Shown: positions 9,030-20,276, numbered from the stretch's first letter. The stretch: DNA of 23,107 nt from Octopus sinensis (GCF_006345805.1 NW_021836695.1:1-23107); one strand, 5' to 3'. Translations and numbers: made by a program. The notes: generated from the sequence alone by a model not told the origin.

Positions 9030-9030
<1 letters not shown>

Positions 9031-9084
<54 letters not shown>

Positions 9085-9113
9085 CCTACCTACCTACCTA
9101 CCTACCTACCTAC

Positions 9114-9155
<42 letters not shown>

Positions 9156-9160
9156 CTCTA

Positions 9161-9200
<40 letters not shown>

Positions 9201-9205
9201 ACCGT
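9031..9205. repeat. (TATC)n/(TACC)n/(TC)n/(TA)n compound microsatellite
   Basis: Directly visible. Confidence 0.95.
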
Positions 9206-9684
9206 TTATCTTAATATCTAGGCCTTTATCCCCATGTTTTATCTATCTGCGTGTTTGCTTGTGTGTGTGAAAGACAGAGAGAGAGAGAATGTGTGTGTGT
9301 GTGTGTGTGTGTCTGTGTGTGATTGAGCGTGTGTGAGGGTGTGCCAGAGTACAACGCCCTTAGTGATAGTTCATAAGGAATGAGCGTATCACTCCGGTCG
9401 TTGACCTCTAATTTTACGAGTAGTGAATGTGTAAATGGTTCGCAGGATACATCAGATGGCTCAGTCACCAAAATCAATCAAGAAGAACGGTTATTCTAAT
9501 ACCAAAAAGACGAAGGCAGTTATTTCCTCGTTTCCATTGAAGCTGCCCTTACATTTATAATAAAATACTATTTGTATTAAGTTGCATAACATCTCTATTG
9601 CAGACATCTTTAGTACTTTTGATTTTTACAATAAACTTTAACATTCGATATAAGATCAATATTAATATCGATCCGGATTAAATA

Positions 9685-9970
9685 TTGCACCTTCGGATTA
9701 AATCAAAACGTTGATCTACTTTTCGGTATACTTGAACACGGACGTTACATGAACTGTTTGATCCTACCTTCGCAATATGTTGAACCCCTGTATCAAATCG
9801 ACGATTTGATCTTCATTTCATTAGCCTTGAACCAGAGATTTGATAAAAGAAGTTTATGTCTAATGACATTATATGTTCAACTGCTATATTATACCACTAT
9901 TTTCATCTTCTCTTCATTCCACTTGAAACTTAGGATTACATCAACAGTTTGATCTTCCGTTCAGCTAAAA
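9685..9970. repeat. Highly diverged ~47-49 bp tandem array, about six units
   Basis: TTGAAC-like anchors at 9685, 9732, 9780, 9827, 9876 and 9923. TTGATC/TTCATC lies 26 nt into five of the six units (9711, 9758, 9806, 9902, 9949). Confidence 0.6.
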
Positions 9971-10109
9971 TTAGCCCTGCTATATAATTATAACATTAGT
10001 TACATATTTATCATATCATACCTTGATACCGCGAGGGCTAAGATCTACGTTGATAGACCGCTGGTATTTATGGTTTGCTAAACACTTTCAGTATGAAAAT
10101 ACTATTTAT

Positions 10110-10110
10110 A

Positions 10111-10155
<45 letters not shown>

Positions 10156-10185
10156 CATATATAAACCCACACATATATGTATATA

Positions 10186-10225
<40 letters not shown>

Positions 10226-10828
10226 AAAATATATGCATGTGAATAGCATGTATTTAATTCAACTCCTTTATAATGAACCTATGTTCGTACTTTGTATTAA
10301 ATTAGCTCGCATGGAGCCTCCACTTCTTGAAATAGTAAATTTTTTTGTTGGTTGTTCTTGTTTTTTTTATGTGTGTGTGTTTTATATGTGTTTTGTCTTC
10401 CTACATTCCCAAATGTATATATATTCCATATTTGTATACTATATCCAATGTGTAAAAACAAAAACATTAAATATAAAACATCTCATGCAATAGAAATAAA
10501 CCCGCAAAAGTGTGCTTTTCCGTGGTTCATATCGTTGACTTTTATATGTTTTCTTTCTTATTTTAGTATCCTTTTGTACGATAATTATTTTTTTTACTTT
10601 ACGCCAGAATCCCCGAACGCAAAGAGGATAGACGAAAATATGTCATCAAGGTGTTCCTGACGAACGCTTCAGATAAGATCTGAAACGACACCTATTAGAA
10701 GCACCTATATTTGTAACGAAGAGATTAGAGAAAAAGATAAAGGTTCTGCAAATACTTCTATGTGTGCCCGTTCATCTCTATATCTATTCATGTGAATCTG
10801 TGTATACCTATATACATACATGCATTCT

Positions 10829-10881
<53 letters not shown>

Positions 10882-11191
10882 ATATGCGCATATATATATT
10901 ATATATATATTTATATGTACATATATATATTGGCGCGCACACATGTGTATATATAAATTTCGATGGGCGAATGTATGTACATAGAGAGTGATCTGTGAAT
11001 ATGGATGTACATATGCCTGGAGCTGAGTGAGTGTGTGTTTTGTAAATAGAGTTGTATGCGGATAAAACTGTGTAGCTATTTTCATGAGCGTACCATTATA
11101 TGCAAACACATTTACTTACATGCACACTTATCTATTTATCTCTCTCTCCTCTCTCCTCTCCTCTCTCTCTCTCTCCTGTATATATATATGT

Positions 11192-11239
<48 letters not shown>

Positions 11240-11338
11240 TATATATATATACATGTATATACATACATACATACACATACAGATGCATGTATATATATAT
11301 GTTTATATATATAGCAATATATATATATGTGTATAATA

Positions 11339-11381
<43 letters not shown>

Positions 11382-11420
11382 TTATATGTATGTATATATA
11401 TATATATATACACGAACACA
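10110..11420. repeat. Multiple (TA)n and (TC)n tracts interspersed with unique AT-rich DNA
   Basis: Directly visible. Confidence 0.85.
10650..10705 (+). ncRNA. Degenerate hammerhead-like motif
   Basis: Stem I GGTGTTC/GAA-g-CACC, core CTGACGA (10657-10663) and the long hairpin CGCTTCAGAT-aag-ATCTGAAACG are present. There is no correctly placed GAAA or stem III. Confidence 0.35.
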
Positions 11421-11589
11421 CGCACAAACACACATACAAGGATTGTGCCGCGAGTAACTCAAAATTGGGTGTAAATTTTTTTATTAACTGATATAGATCG
11501 TTCGCGTTGCACATGTCGGTAATGTAATTCTTCCTCCATAGTTAACTCCATATTTCTGCCTTTTCCCATTTCTTCATTGCAGGGAAACA

Positions 11590-12315
11590 ATGCGTTACAA
11601 GCAGAGCGAAGTACCATCTTTGAGTTCTTCTTTTGACAAAGGAGCGGATGTCAGCTCGTCGAAATTCCACAGAAGATGACACGTTATTTGAGATGAAATC
11701 AATGACAAGGAATGCGTTCACAGATGGATGAAGTTTAAAGAGAAGCAAGGCAACATTGAAGACCAACATCGTTGAAGAAGAATATCAAGTGTGACAACGG
11801 ACATCATAGTGTGACTAGGGACACCAACGAAAGTTGGTCATATTTTTAAGATTAAGGTTCGAAGACGCGCTATGTTAAATGTTTGTTCCTTTTCGAGCCA
11901 TGCTTGGCTCATAAGGACCGGTTTTCCGGTTTCCTTGGCGTATAGGTTCCCCACCTGGACGGGACGCCGGTCCGTCGCAGGTGAGCTGCAAGCTGCAAGA
12001 GGAACGAGTGAGAAAAATTTATAGCGAAAGAGTTAGCAGAAGTTCGCCAATACCTTCTGCCGGAGCCGCGTGGAGCTTAGGTGTTTCGCTCATAAACACA
12101 CACATCGCCCGATCTGAGATTTGAAACCACGATCCCTTGACCGTGAGTCCGCTTCTCTAACCACTAGGCCATGTGCCTCCACGGTATGTTAAATGGTTCC
12201 TTACTTATTTCCAGAGGAATTAAGAATTTCAAAATCCAGCTACCAGCGCAGAAGACCACGGCGAAATATTTAGGGAGCACAACATTGACAGTCTCCTCGA
12301 TTTTCTGGAACAAAC
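11590..12315 (+). pseudogene. Old, fragmented mariner-like transposase interrupted by a SINE
   Basis: VHRWMKFKEKQGNIEDQHR*RRISSVTTD from 11716 resembles the mariner HTH/GRPR region. After the SINE, NFKIQ and IFREHNIDSLLDFLEQ resemble KKFK..SAGK and VFWD.G...DFLE. It has many frameshifts and deletions. Confidence 0.5.
11882..12184 (-). mobile_element. tRNA-derived SINE with 11-bp TSD
   Basis: A box TGGCCTAGTGGTTAG (12171-12157) and B-box-like GGTTTCAAATCTC (12128-12116). The TSD TATGTTAAATG is at 11871-11881 and 12185-12195. Confidence 0.9.
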
Positions 12316-12680
12316 CCGCTGTCTTATTTTGCTCGCCATGCTGTCAAATCTTTTTCACCATTTTGTCTTGAATTTGGCGTGTGTCTTCGCGACATTTTCA
12401 AGAAATTCTTGACGCGATCGTTTGTCGTTAATGATTACTCTCAGGTAATTCAACTTCTTCATTATGTTTAGTTCTTTTGTTATGTCACTGTTAATCTCCT
12501 TTTATCAGTTTGGATTTCCTGTGCTGAATTCCATCCCAAACTTGATGGATGTATTTTTCTTATCGGGATGATCTACAAATCGATCAGCTTAACACCGCTT
12601 CCCATTAGTCCAACAATGTTGATAGTTAAATCATAAATTGTTATGATACTTCCTCCGTTAGTGATGCATCCACGTGTCTT
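12316..12680 (-). pseudogene. RTE-clade LINE reverse-transcriptase fragment (FADD region to thumb)
   Basis: Decayed translations ITNGGSIIT..NIVGLMG, KFGMEFST, LNYLRVIINDKRSRQEFLENVAKTHAKFKTKW* and ASKIR parallel the RTE consensus I recall (IGGR.ITNLRFADDIDGLAG, YGMEIS, FKYLG.II.D.GS..EI..RIA, SSKIR). Confidence 0.65.
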
Positions 12681-12688
12681 TCGAATTA

Positions 12689-13760
12689 TTAGGTAGTTCC
12701 GAAAATAATGGCCGATTTCTGAAACATAATTTTGTTCTGAAAAAATTTACAGTAGAAATGTTTTGATTAGTCAAAGTATGAGCCGTGAACATCTATTCAT
12801 CTCTACTATTAATCAACGATATTATTTATGCCTCGTTGATAAATACTTATTGACTTTGATGCTAAAATGTCTTTGAAATCTGATTCCACCTCTGGGTTGA
12901 ATCTGAAAGTTTCAGCAATTAAAAACGTGTTTCAATGCTTAAAAGAACGGTAGTCAGTGGGTGAAAAATCAGGAGAATATGGACGATGTGGTAAAGTTTC
13001 GTATCCCACGTCTGTGTGTTTCTGCAGCATCATTCTTGCAGCATGTGGCTTTGCATTATCGTGCAGCAGAATTGGGTCACGCCGATTCACCAATGAAGGT
13101 CTCATTTTTACCAAGTGAGCATGCATTTCAGCAAGTTGATTGCAGTAAATCTCTGCTGCAATGCTCTGATTGGCTTCCAGAAAGCTGTTATTGTCAACAC
13201 CAATTGCAGACCACCAGATAGTCACCATAGTATTTGGCTTTGGGAAATGTTTGGGGGACTGATCATTACCAAGCCAGTGACCTGAGCGTTTTCGGTTATC
13301 ATAAAGGATCCACTTTTCGTCACAAGTGACTATTCGGTCAAGAAAAAGGATCATTGGTGTTTCGCAGAAATAGCATAGAATACACTTCAAAACGCCGAAC
13401 TCTTTGATTTTCATTGAACTCAATCGAGCATTTTCACCTCATCAATGTTTTTCAGACTGCGTGAAACCATTGCAGTACCGACACCAAGTGCCTGAGACAT
13501 TTCTTTGACTCTTTGACGTAGGTTTTGTTCAACAATTGCTTTCAATCTTTCATTGTCAAAACTACATGACCGTCCTCTACCTTCTTCATCTTCAAGTCTC
13601 TCATTACCACTACGGAATTTTTGAAACCACCTTCGTACAGTTCGATCACTTGTGGGCCCCTCTATGTCGAAATTCAGCAAAAATATTATTAATATACTAT
13701 GACAAAATTGCCTTTCAAAGCACAACACTTAGAGCGGCCATTATTTTCGGAACAACCTAT
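12689..13760 (-). mobile_element. Mariner DNA transposon with both ends intact, 1072 bp
   Basis: 26-bp TIRs TTAGGTAGTTCCGAAAATAATGGCCG (12689-12714) and its near-complement at 13735-13760 match at 24/26. TA TSDs are at 12687-12688 and 13761-13762. Confidence 0.95.
12767..13728 (-). pseudogene. Mariner D,D34D transposase, Hsmar1/cecropia-like, disrupted
   Basis: Motifs TVRRWFQKFRSG, DRIVTCDEKW, HDNAKPH...YSPDFSPTD (34 residues between the last two Asp) and C-terminal GSYFD* (stop at 12767-12769). The WVPHEL motif is destroyed, there are frameshifts, and part of the N-terminal HTH is deleted. Confidence 0.95.
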
Positions 13761-13789
13761 TATAATTGAAATGACTACTCATACCTTTA

Positions 13790-13803
13790 AGTACACACAC
13801 GCA

Positions 13804-13843
<40 letters not shown>

Positions 13844-13930
13844 ACACACATACATACACACTCACACACAAAGAGGCACACACACAGAGGAAGATACACA
13901 GACAGAGAAACACAAACACAGACACACACA
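13790..13930. repeat. (CA)n-rich microsatellite
   Basis: Directly visible. Confidence 0.95.
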
Positions 13931-14203
13931 TGTATTTGCACACGCAAACAGATACATATTTATATATATTTGTATGTATACATGTATATTTATATAGTTA
14001 TTATTAAATATTCAAAGAAATACACATAATTCCATTCCTGTCAGTAGTATGATTTTTTCACAAATTTTATTCAGCTTCCTAAAGAACACTACATGTACCA
14101 AAAAAATCATTATCCAATTATGTTTGGTTTCAAACTCTGTAATACATGAAATATATAAAACTTAACACTTTTATGATTTTCCATTGCATTTTAGGAAGGA
14201 ATG

Positions 14204-14464
14204 TTAGGAAACACTTCTTTCCACCGATGTATTCCATTCTTTGATATTTGATGCAGTTTTCCCCAAAGTTGCACACCTACCCAAATAGACCATGCAGACA
14301 AAACTGAACACATATTCCTCCTGTATTAACGACCTTCTGAAACTATGGTATAAATTATAGTATGAAATATGATTATGTAGCATATTACTAAAGGTAATTC
14401 TTGCATCTCTGGAAAATAAATCATAACACGTCACACCTTTATCTTTTGACAGTTTCCGAAAAGC
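14204..14464 (-). CDS. Candidate terminal coding exon (86 aa), product unknown
   Basis: Strong acceptor TTTTTTTCCCAG|G at 14465/14464. One frame is open (AFRKLSKDKGVTCYDLFSRDARITFSNML...ERSVS*). AATAAA lies at 14071-14066. An alternative donor G|GTAGGT is at 14281/14280. No homology was recognised. Confidence 0.35.
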   Translation of the reverse strand, partial: AFRKLSKDKGVTCYDLFSRDARITFSNMLHNHISYYNLYHSFRRSLIQEEYVFSFVCMVYLGRCATLGKTASNIKEWNTSVERSVS

Positions 14465-14706
14465 CTGGGAAAAAAACATTAATAAATTATAACATATTAC
14501 GGCTCTTCCTCAGAAGATTACTGGAGGTCAGATATAAGTTCTGTCACGTTTCCTGTGTCCTGTAGTTTCTCCGACACATTGACCATTACCAATGACAAAA
14601 TTATGATGAGAGATTATAGGAATTTTAGTTCTGTATTAGTATTCGTATGTTTGTGCTTGAGTTGCGCTTGTCACATTATTAGTCGTGTTGTCTGTACTTG
14701 CCTGAT

Positions 14707-14860
14707 GTTTCCATAAATATTACTACATTTATATTGTCTGTTCTTATACGTTTCCATACATATTGTTATAAATTTGTTGTCTATACAGTTTATACCTTTC
14801 CACAAATATTGTTACAAATATGGTGTTTGTACTTTTAGGTTTCCATAAATATTGCTACGG
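14707..14860. repeat. Degenerate ~44-bp minisatellite, about four units
   Basis: A GTTTCCATAAATATTGTTAC-like motif occurs at 14707, 14750, 14796 and 14839. Confidence 0.75.
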
Positions 14861-15025
14861 TTGTTTTCCATACTTAGACATTTCTCCAACTATTACTTTG
14901 CTATGGAAGTACAGAGAGATATAAACCGTGAGACCTTAATGAATAGACATCAGAAATGGAATAGAGATAGAGCGATATGTGAAGTCTAGTGGTTGTTAAC
15001 CTCAGGCATCGAGGAAGACAATGGC

Positions 15026-15063
<38 letters not shown>

Positions 15064-15067
15064 ATTG
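15026..15067. repeat. (TGAT)n microsatellite
   Basis: Directly visible. Confidence 0.95.
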
Positions 15068-15094
15068 GTATAAATATACTTCAACGCATTGTCA

Positions 15095-15402
15095 CATAAA
15101 AAGTGGCACTCAGTCGGCCACGACGAAGAGCGCTCCAGTTGATGAGAATAAGAGAACAGCCTGCTCATGAAATTAACGTGCAAGTGGCTGAGCACTCCAC
15201 AGACACGCCTAGCCTTTAAAGTAGTTCTCAGGGAGATTCAGCGTGACACAGAGTGCGACGAGGCTGACCCTTTGAAATACAGGTACTAATCATTTTTGCC
15301 ATCTGGGTGGGCTGGTGCAAAGTGAAATAAACTGTCTTGCTCAAGAACACAACACTCCAGGTATCGAACGCACGTCTTTACGATCGTCAGCCGAATATGC
15401 TA
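15095..15402 (-). mobile_element. tRNA-derived SINE (second family)
   Basis: B box GTTCGATACC (15369-15360) is followed by GTGTTCTTGAGCAAGACA, a typical SINE post-head segment. Boundaries are approximate. Confidence 0.7.
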
Positions 15403-15629
15403 CATAATCACGTGTTTTCATTTTGTCACTTATAACCTGTACATAATCCTGATCAGAATCAACGGGACGCAGAATGAGACCAGTCAGAGCTGCAAGTGTA
15501 TTCTATCTTATATAAGCGGCTGCTAGCGGTTGAGTATACCACAGACGCATAAAGAATTTTTCTCTTGCAGAAATAGCCTAAGTCACTAAGACAGTTGAAA
15601 CTTCAAATTCCATATTCAGACATTGATAT

Positions 15630-16145
15630 ATGTGTCTGGTTAAGATGTTTCCCTTCAATTCACTAGGTTTCCTGTTCAGGTTCAATCCCACTGCATGGCA
15701 CCTTGGGCAAGTGTCTTCTACTAAAGCTACAGGTTGATTTATGCCTTTTGAATAAATTAGATTGACGGAAACTGTATGGAAACCACTCAATTATATATAC
15801 GTGTTTATATGTGTGTGTTGTGTGTGTGTGTGTGTTGTGTGTGTGTGTGTGTTGTGTGTTGTGTGTGTGTGTGTGTGTTGTGTTGTGTGTGTGTGTGTGT
15901 GTTGTTGTTGGTGGTGGTGGGCGTCTTTGTATTTGTATTTGTCGCAGAGCTAGTAAACCGATGCTGGTTTATTTACATCCTTATAGATTCGCAATTCGGC
16001 GGAAGCGACAGTATGATAGAATAAATAGCCGAATTAAAAGAAAATGCTATTTTAAAACAAATACTTGATGCGGGACCCATTTGTTCGACTAAATACCTCA
16101 AGGCATTGCTCTAACTTGGCCGCATTCCAATAACAGATAAAAGAT
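15630..16145 (+). mobile_element. Degenerate copy of the 2309/7114 SINE family with an internal (TG)n tract
   Basis: GGTTCAATCCCACTGCATGGCACCTTGGGCAAGTGTCTTCTACT at 15679 onward; the 3' body is similar to the reverse complement of 2340-2470. Confidence 0.75.
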
Positions 16146-16199
16146 AGAAGTTAAAAGAAATAAAAGATAGAAAACACAAAGATGGTGTTCGGGAAGCTT

Positions 16200-16358
16200 C
16201 CGCAGACACTACATCAACCGATTTTCAGTGAACCGAGGGTGGGTTGACCCGAGGTTAGGGTAAAGAACATTTAGGCATCAACCCCTGCTGTGGGATCGAA
16301 CTCATAAACCGCTCTAAAGCGAAGAGATCTTCAAAACTTCTCCGCTATGTCTGCTGCA
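16200..16358 (-). mobile_element. Degenerate tRNA-derived SINE head fragment
   Basis: B box GAGTTCGATCCC (16303-16292) with an A-box-like segment upstream. Confidence 0.45.
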
Positions 16359-16379
16359 AATATATAGAACCAAGCGCAT

Positions 16380-16543
16380 ATGTAATGTAACATACATATA
16401 TACATATTAGTAAACATGCGTATATATATATATATATATGTATATATACACGCATACATACACACACTACAAGAAACAATTGTATTTACGTATACATTCA
16501 TATGAGTGTGGTCATGTGTGTGCGTATGCTTGTGCTTTCCTAC

Positions 16544-16593
<50 letters not shown>

Positions 16594-16722
16594 ACGTGCT
16601 TCTGTGTGCGTGTGTGTTTATGTACGGGTAGATAAAACATTAATAAGATAAGCATTTGAACAATCACACACATACACACACACACACACACATACGAGCG
16701 CGAATATACATGCATATATATA

Positions 16723-16761
<39 letters not shown>

Positions 16762-16965
16762 CACACATACATGCACAAGCATATACAAATTAATATACAT
16801 ATGCTCACAAGCAAACGCGTGCACAGAGGTACACACAGACACACACACACACCTATCGGAATAGATAAACTGCTGATAGTATAGGCAGATATAACATTAG
16901 ATAACCTCTCCTACACAGATATAAACAAACACGTTTGCACTCATGCACATTCCCATTACGGCTAT

Positions 16966-17017
<52 letters not shown>

Positions 17018-17298
17018 GAACAGAGAGAGAGAGAAAGAACGAGAAATAGATAGAAAGATAGATAGATAGACATTGATGCGCATAAGCATATTCATATATA
17101 GATACATACATACATGTGTGCGCATGACTGTGTATACATAATATATATATGTAAACATATATACATACATATATATATATATATATATAGATGTAGATAT
17201 ATATATATATATTCACATATCTACTCTATTCGCACGTACATATACAGATATATGACAGCCTACATACACATATAATCATACATACAGACATACTGTAC

Positions 17299-17338
<40 letters not shown>

Positions 17339-17637
17339 TACATACATATATATATATATATATGTATTATGTATATATCTCTTTATATATACACACAATA
17401 ATATACATATCTTCGATAAAAGTATATACAATACAGCACTTCCAACTAAATTCTCCATAGTCTCACAAATACACATAAATATATGTGTGCATGCATGTGT
17501 GTGTATGTGTACATAGTCACACACAACCACACACACACACACACACACCTTAACATCTGACAAACAGAAATACAGTAAACTTTTGGCAACCGCAAGTTCA
17601 GAGTCGCTGTAGCTAACACACGGCGAGACACAAACGC

Positions 17638-17689
<52 letters not shown>

Positions 17690-17819
17690 ACTCACAATTG
17701 CTCTCTCACATAAGTGCACTCATACACGAACTATACAAACTATACAAACTTTCTCGGTCCCCATCCATATCTACACACACACACACACACTTATATAATA
17801 TATATATATATGTATATGC

Positions 17820-17892
<73 letters not shown>

Positions 17893-17994
17893 TACACCGG
17901 AGAAACACATTCACATATATATGTCTGTAATTTCATATATATATATATACATATATACATATGTATGAGTATATATATATATATATATATTACA

Positions 17995-18025
<31 letters not shown>
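16380..18025. repeat. Dense (TA)n/(CA)n/(TG)n microsatellite field
   Basis: Directly visible. Confidence 0.9.
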
Positions 18026-18544
18026 GTGCCGTTACTTTCGTAATGCCATTGTCAGTATATAACCATTATCCAGACAGCGGTACTTAACTTAATGAGAGCT
18101 GTATGCTTTCAAATTAATTTCTCAACTATTTCTACAAAATGGTTTCACTTATAGACGTATAACACGCCGTCCAATAGCTTTTCCGCCATTTTCAAAGATG
18201 GCCGACAACAAATATGTTTAAAACAGTCTCTAATATTACATGATTGTCCCGAATAAATTCAGGTACAATTTGTCTCTTTTCTTTTTTCTGCTTGCTTTTG
18301 ATATGTTTCATGTTTTGCTGCCTCACAGCAATCTATTTACAGATCGTACACACGGTATTTTCATACCTATATGTGTTCCTCTGTATATCCCTATGTGTCT
18401 CTACGTATCTGTGTGTATCTACTTATGTCTGTCTCTCTGTCTATCCGTATCTATATATCTACCTATATACTTGTCTATCCATATATCTATCCATTTAGCT
18501 GTCTGGCTATGTTTCTATTATCTATGTAGCTATGTATGTATGAA

Positions 18545-18574
18545 TGTATCTATCTATCTATCTACCTATCTATC

Positions 18575-18605
<31 letters not shown>

Positions 18606-18621
18606 TTATCTATCTATCGAT

Positions 18622-18695
<74 letters not shown>

Positions 18696-18745
18696 CCTGT
18701 CTATCTACCTATCTATCTACCCATCTAGCTAGCTAACTAACTATC
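18545..18745. repeat. Long (TATC)n tract
   Basis: Directly visible. Confidence 0.95.
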
Positions 18746-19095
18746 TATTTGCTAATATTATACATATGTAAGCGTTTGTATGCATGTATATATCTATTTA
18801 TATATTATGCATGCCTGGGTATCATGTCAATGGAAGTTGTGCGTTCGAGACCCATTGACAGACTTCGATATATTTTACATATACATATGTAAATATACAA
18901 GGTTGGCCAATTAATTCCAAGACTAAAACAAAAAATTATTTTATATGACACTTCGCTAATAATTAGACAAATTTTGAAACGATGACCCTAACTCACAGCA
19001 TTCAATTATTAAACATTCATAACCGGAATGAATAAATAAAATTGAATATTAAGTATTTATGGAATTTTGATTTACTGTCGGGTGAATTTTTGGCC

Positions 19096-19134
<39 letters not shown>

Positions 19135-19324
19135 TGCATAGCATTATTCCGATGGCCGGATAACTGAAAAGATTGCGGCTTGGTTTTCCACTTCGGCATC
19201 CGAAACTCGGAGTTTTATCATGGCTACCGAATATTGTCACATATTACATTTACAGACAAATTCCTCTATTTACATAATATCGAGGTCTCTTTCTTTCTTT
19301 TGTTGTCTTACCATTTTAATCAAT

Positions 19325-19409
<85 letters not shown>

Positions 19410-19794
19410 GTTTAAATATTGTTGTGAAGTCGTGTGTTGAAACAGATATTGTTGTATTTAGGAATGGTCATTTTGCCAGTTTAGCCAATAAACACACTAA
19501 ATAAACACACTAAATAAACATAAACGCACATAGAGATATAAGCATGCGCAAATGAAGACATACATTAGGAATACAAAATAGCTGACGGTTAGTAAGGAGA
19601 GACACAAATAAGTAAGAAGAAAACAAAGGACCACTGATGCGGTCACAGGAGTGTGACGAAAGAACTCTGGCCGAAATAAGATTAAGATTAATGTAAAAAA
19701 TACATAACACTGAAGCAAAGTAACAACAAATATACAGTGCGTGTGTTTTTATTGGCTAAACTGGCAAAATGACCATTCCTAAATACAACAATAT
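19410..19794 (+). mobile_element. Short Penelope-like insertion with inverted 5' arm (copy 1)
   Basis: The antisense arm 19410-19497 is joined at ACACAC microhomology to the sense body 19498-19794. The arms match 47/47 (19446-19492 vs 19748-19794). The body is roughly 95% identical to 21110-21398. It is flanked by (TA)n. Confidence 0.75.
19628..19672 (+). ncRNA. Minimal type I hammerhead variant, core CUGAUGCG
   Basis: GGACCA-CTGATGCG-GTCACA-ggag-TGTGAC-GAAA-G-aa-CTC|TGGCC. Stem II is a perfect 6 bp and stem III is 2 bp. The CUC triplet ends at 19667. Confidence 0.55.
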
Positions 19795-20276
19795 ATGTAT
19801 ATGTATATATATATATATAATATATTATAATATATATATATATATTAAAACAGGTGATATGAAGATATTTTCTTAACAGTTATTCGCCATACACGTGTTT
19901 CGTTTGCTAACGAGATTAAATTTATAACACATGTCGCAAAAACATGTGTGATATCTCCTATTAGTAAGGAAATAATATGATATCATTTTATTATCTGTCT
20001 GGATAATTTCTAATAGTAGATGTCTTACATGATCCTCCTGCTTGTACGATTTTGTCATTTCTATTAAAATATGAAACATAAATTTTTTATATGTAGTTTT
20101 TATACAACGACTATTTTATTGTATTTATCAAATTTTATGCATACCTCTCGCAAATGTAACACCTACATGTGACTTTGGAGTACTACAATAAGCCGATGAG
20201 CGGACGCACAGCTTAATTTATGAGCCTATCAACACGCACACACACAGATACATACACATACACATATGTATGTATG

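Larger units (their letters stand above)
7534..9033. repeat. ~89-bp inverted repeat pair (7534-7622 and 8946-9033)
   Basis: ATAAAACTTACTTGGAAATGGATGCGTGACGTTAGGG...GAGAGAGTGATA recurs as a reverse complement at 8946-9033. CTAT lies outside both ends. Confidence 0.85.

Noticed and set aside
9226-9477. 83-aa minus-strand ORF
   Set aside because: All frames after the nearest upstream acceptor hit stops, and the 3' third is (CA)n-derived.
9685-9970. CRISPR-like periodicity
   Set aside because: There is no invariant repeat with unique spacers and no cas genes, and the context is eukaryotic.
14195-14350. + strand exon suggested by TTTTAG|G and ATG|GTATAA
   Set aside because: All three frames contain stops.
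15570-15620. Strong acceptor TTTTTCTCTTGCAG
   Set aside because: Stops occur within six codons in all frames.
18895-19100. Tc1/mariner-like TIR TACAAGGTTGGCCAA
   Set aside because: The putative partner end shares only TTGGCCAA.
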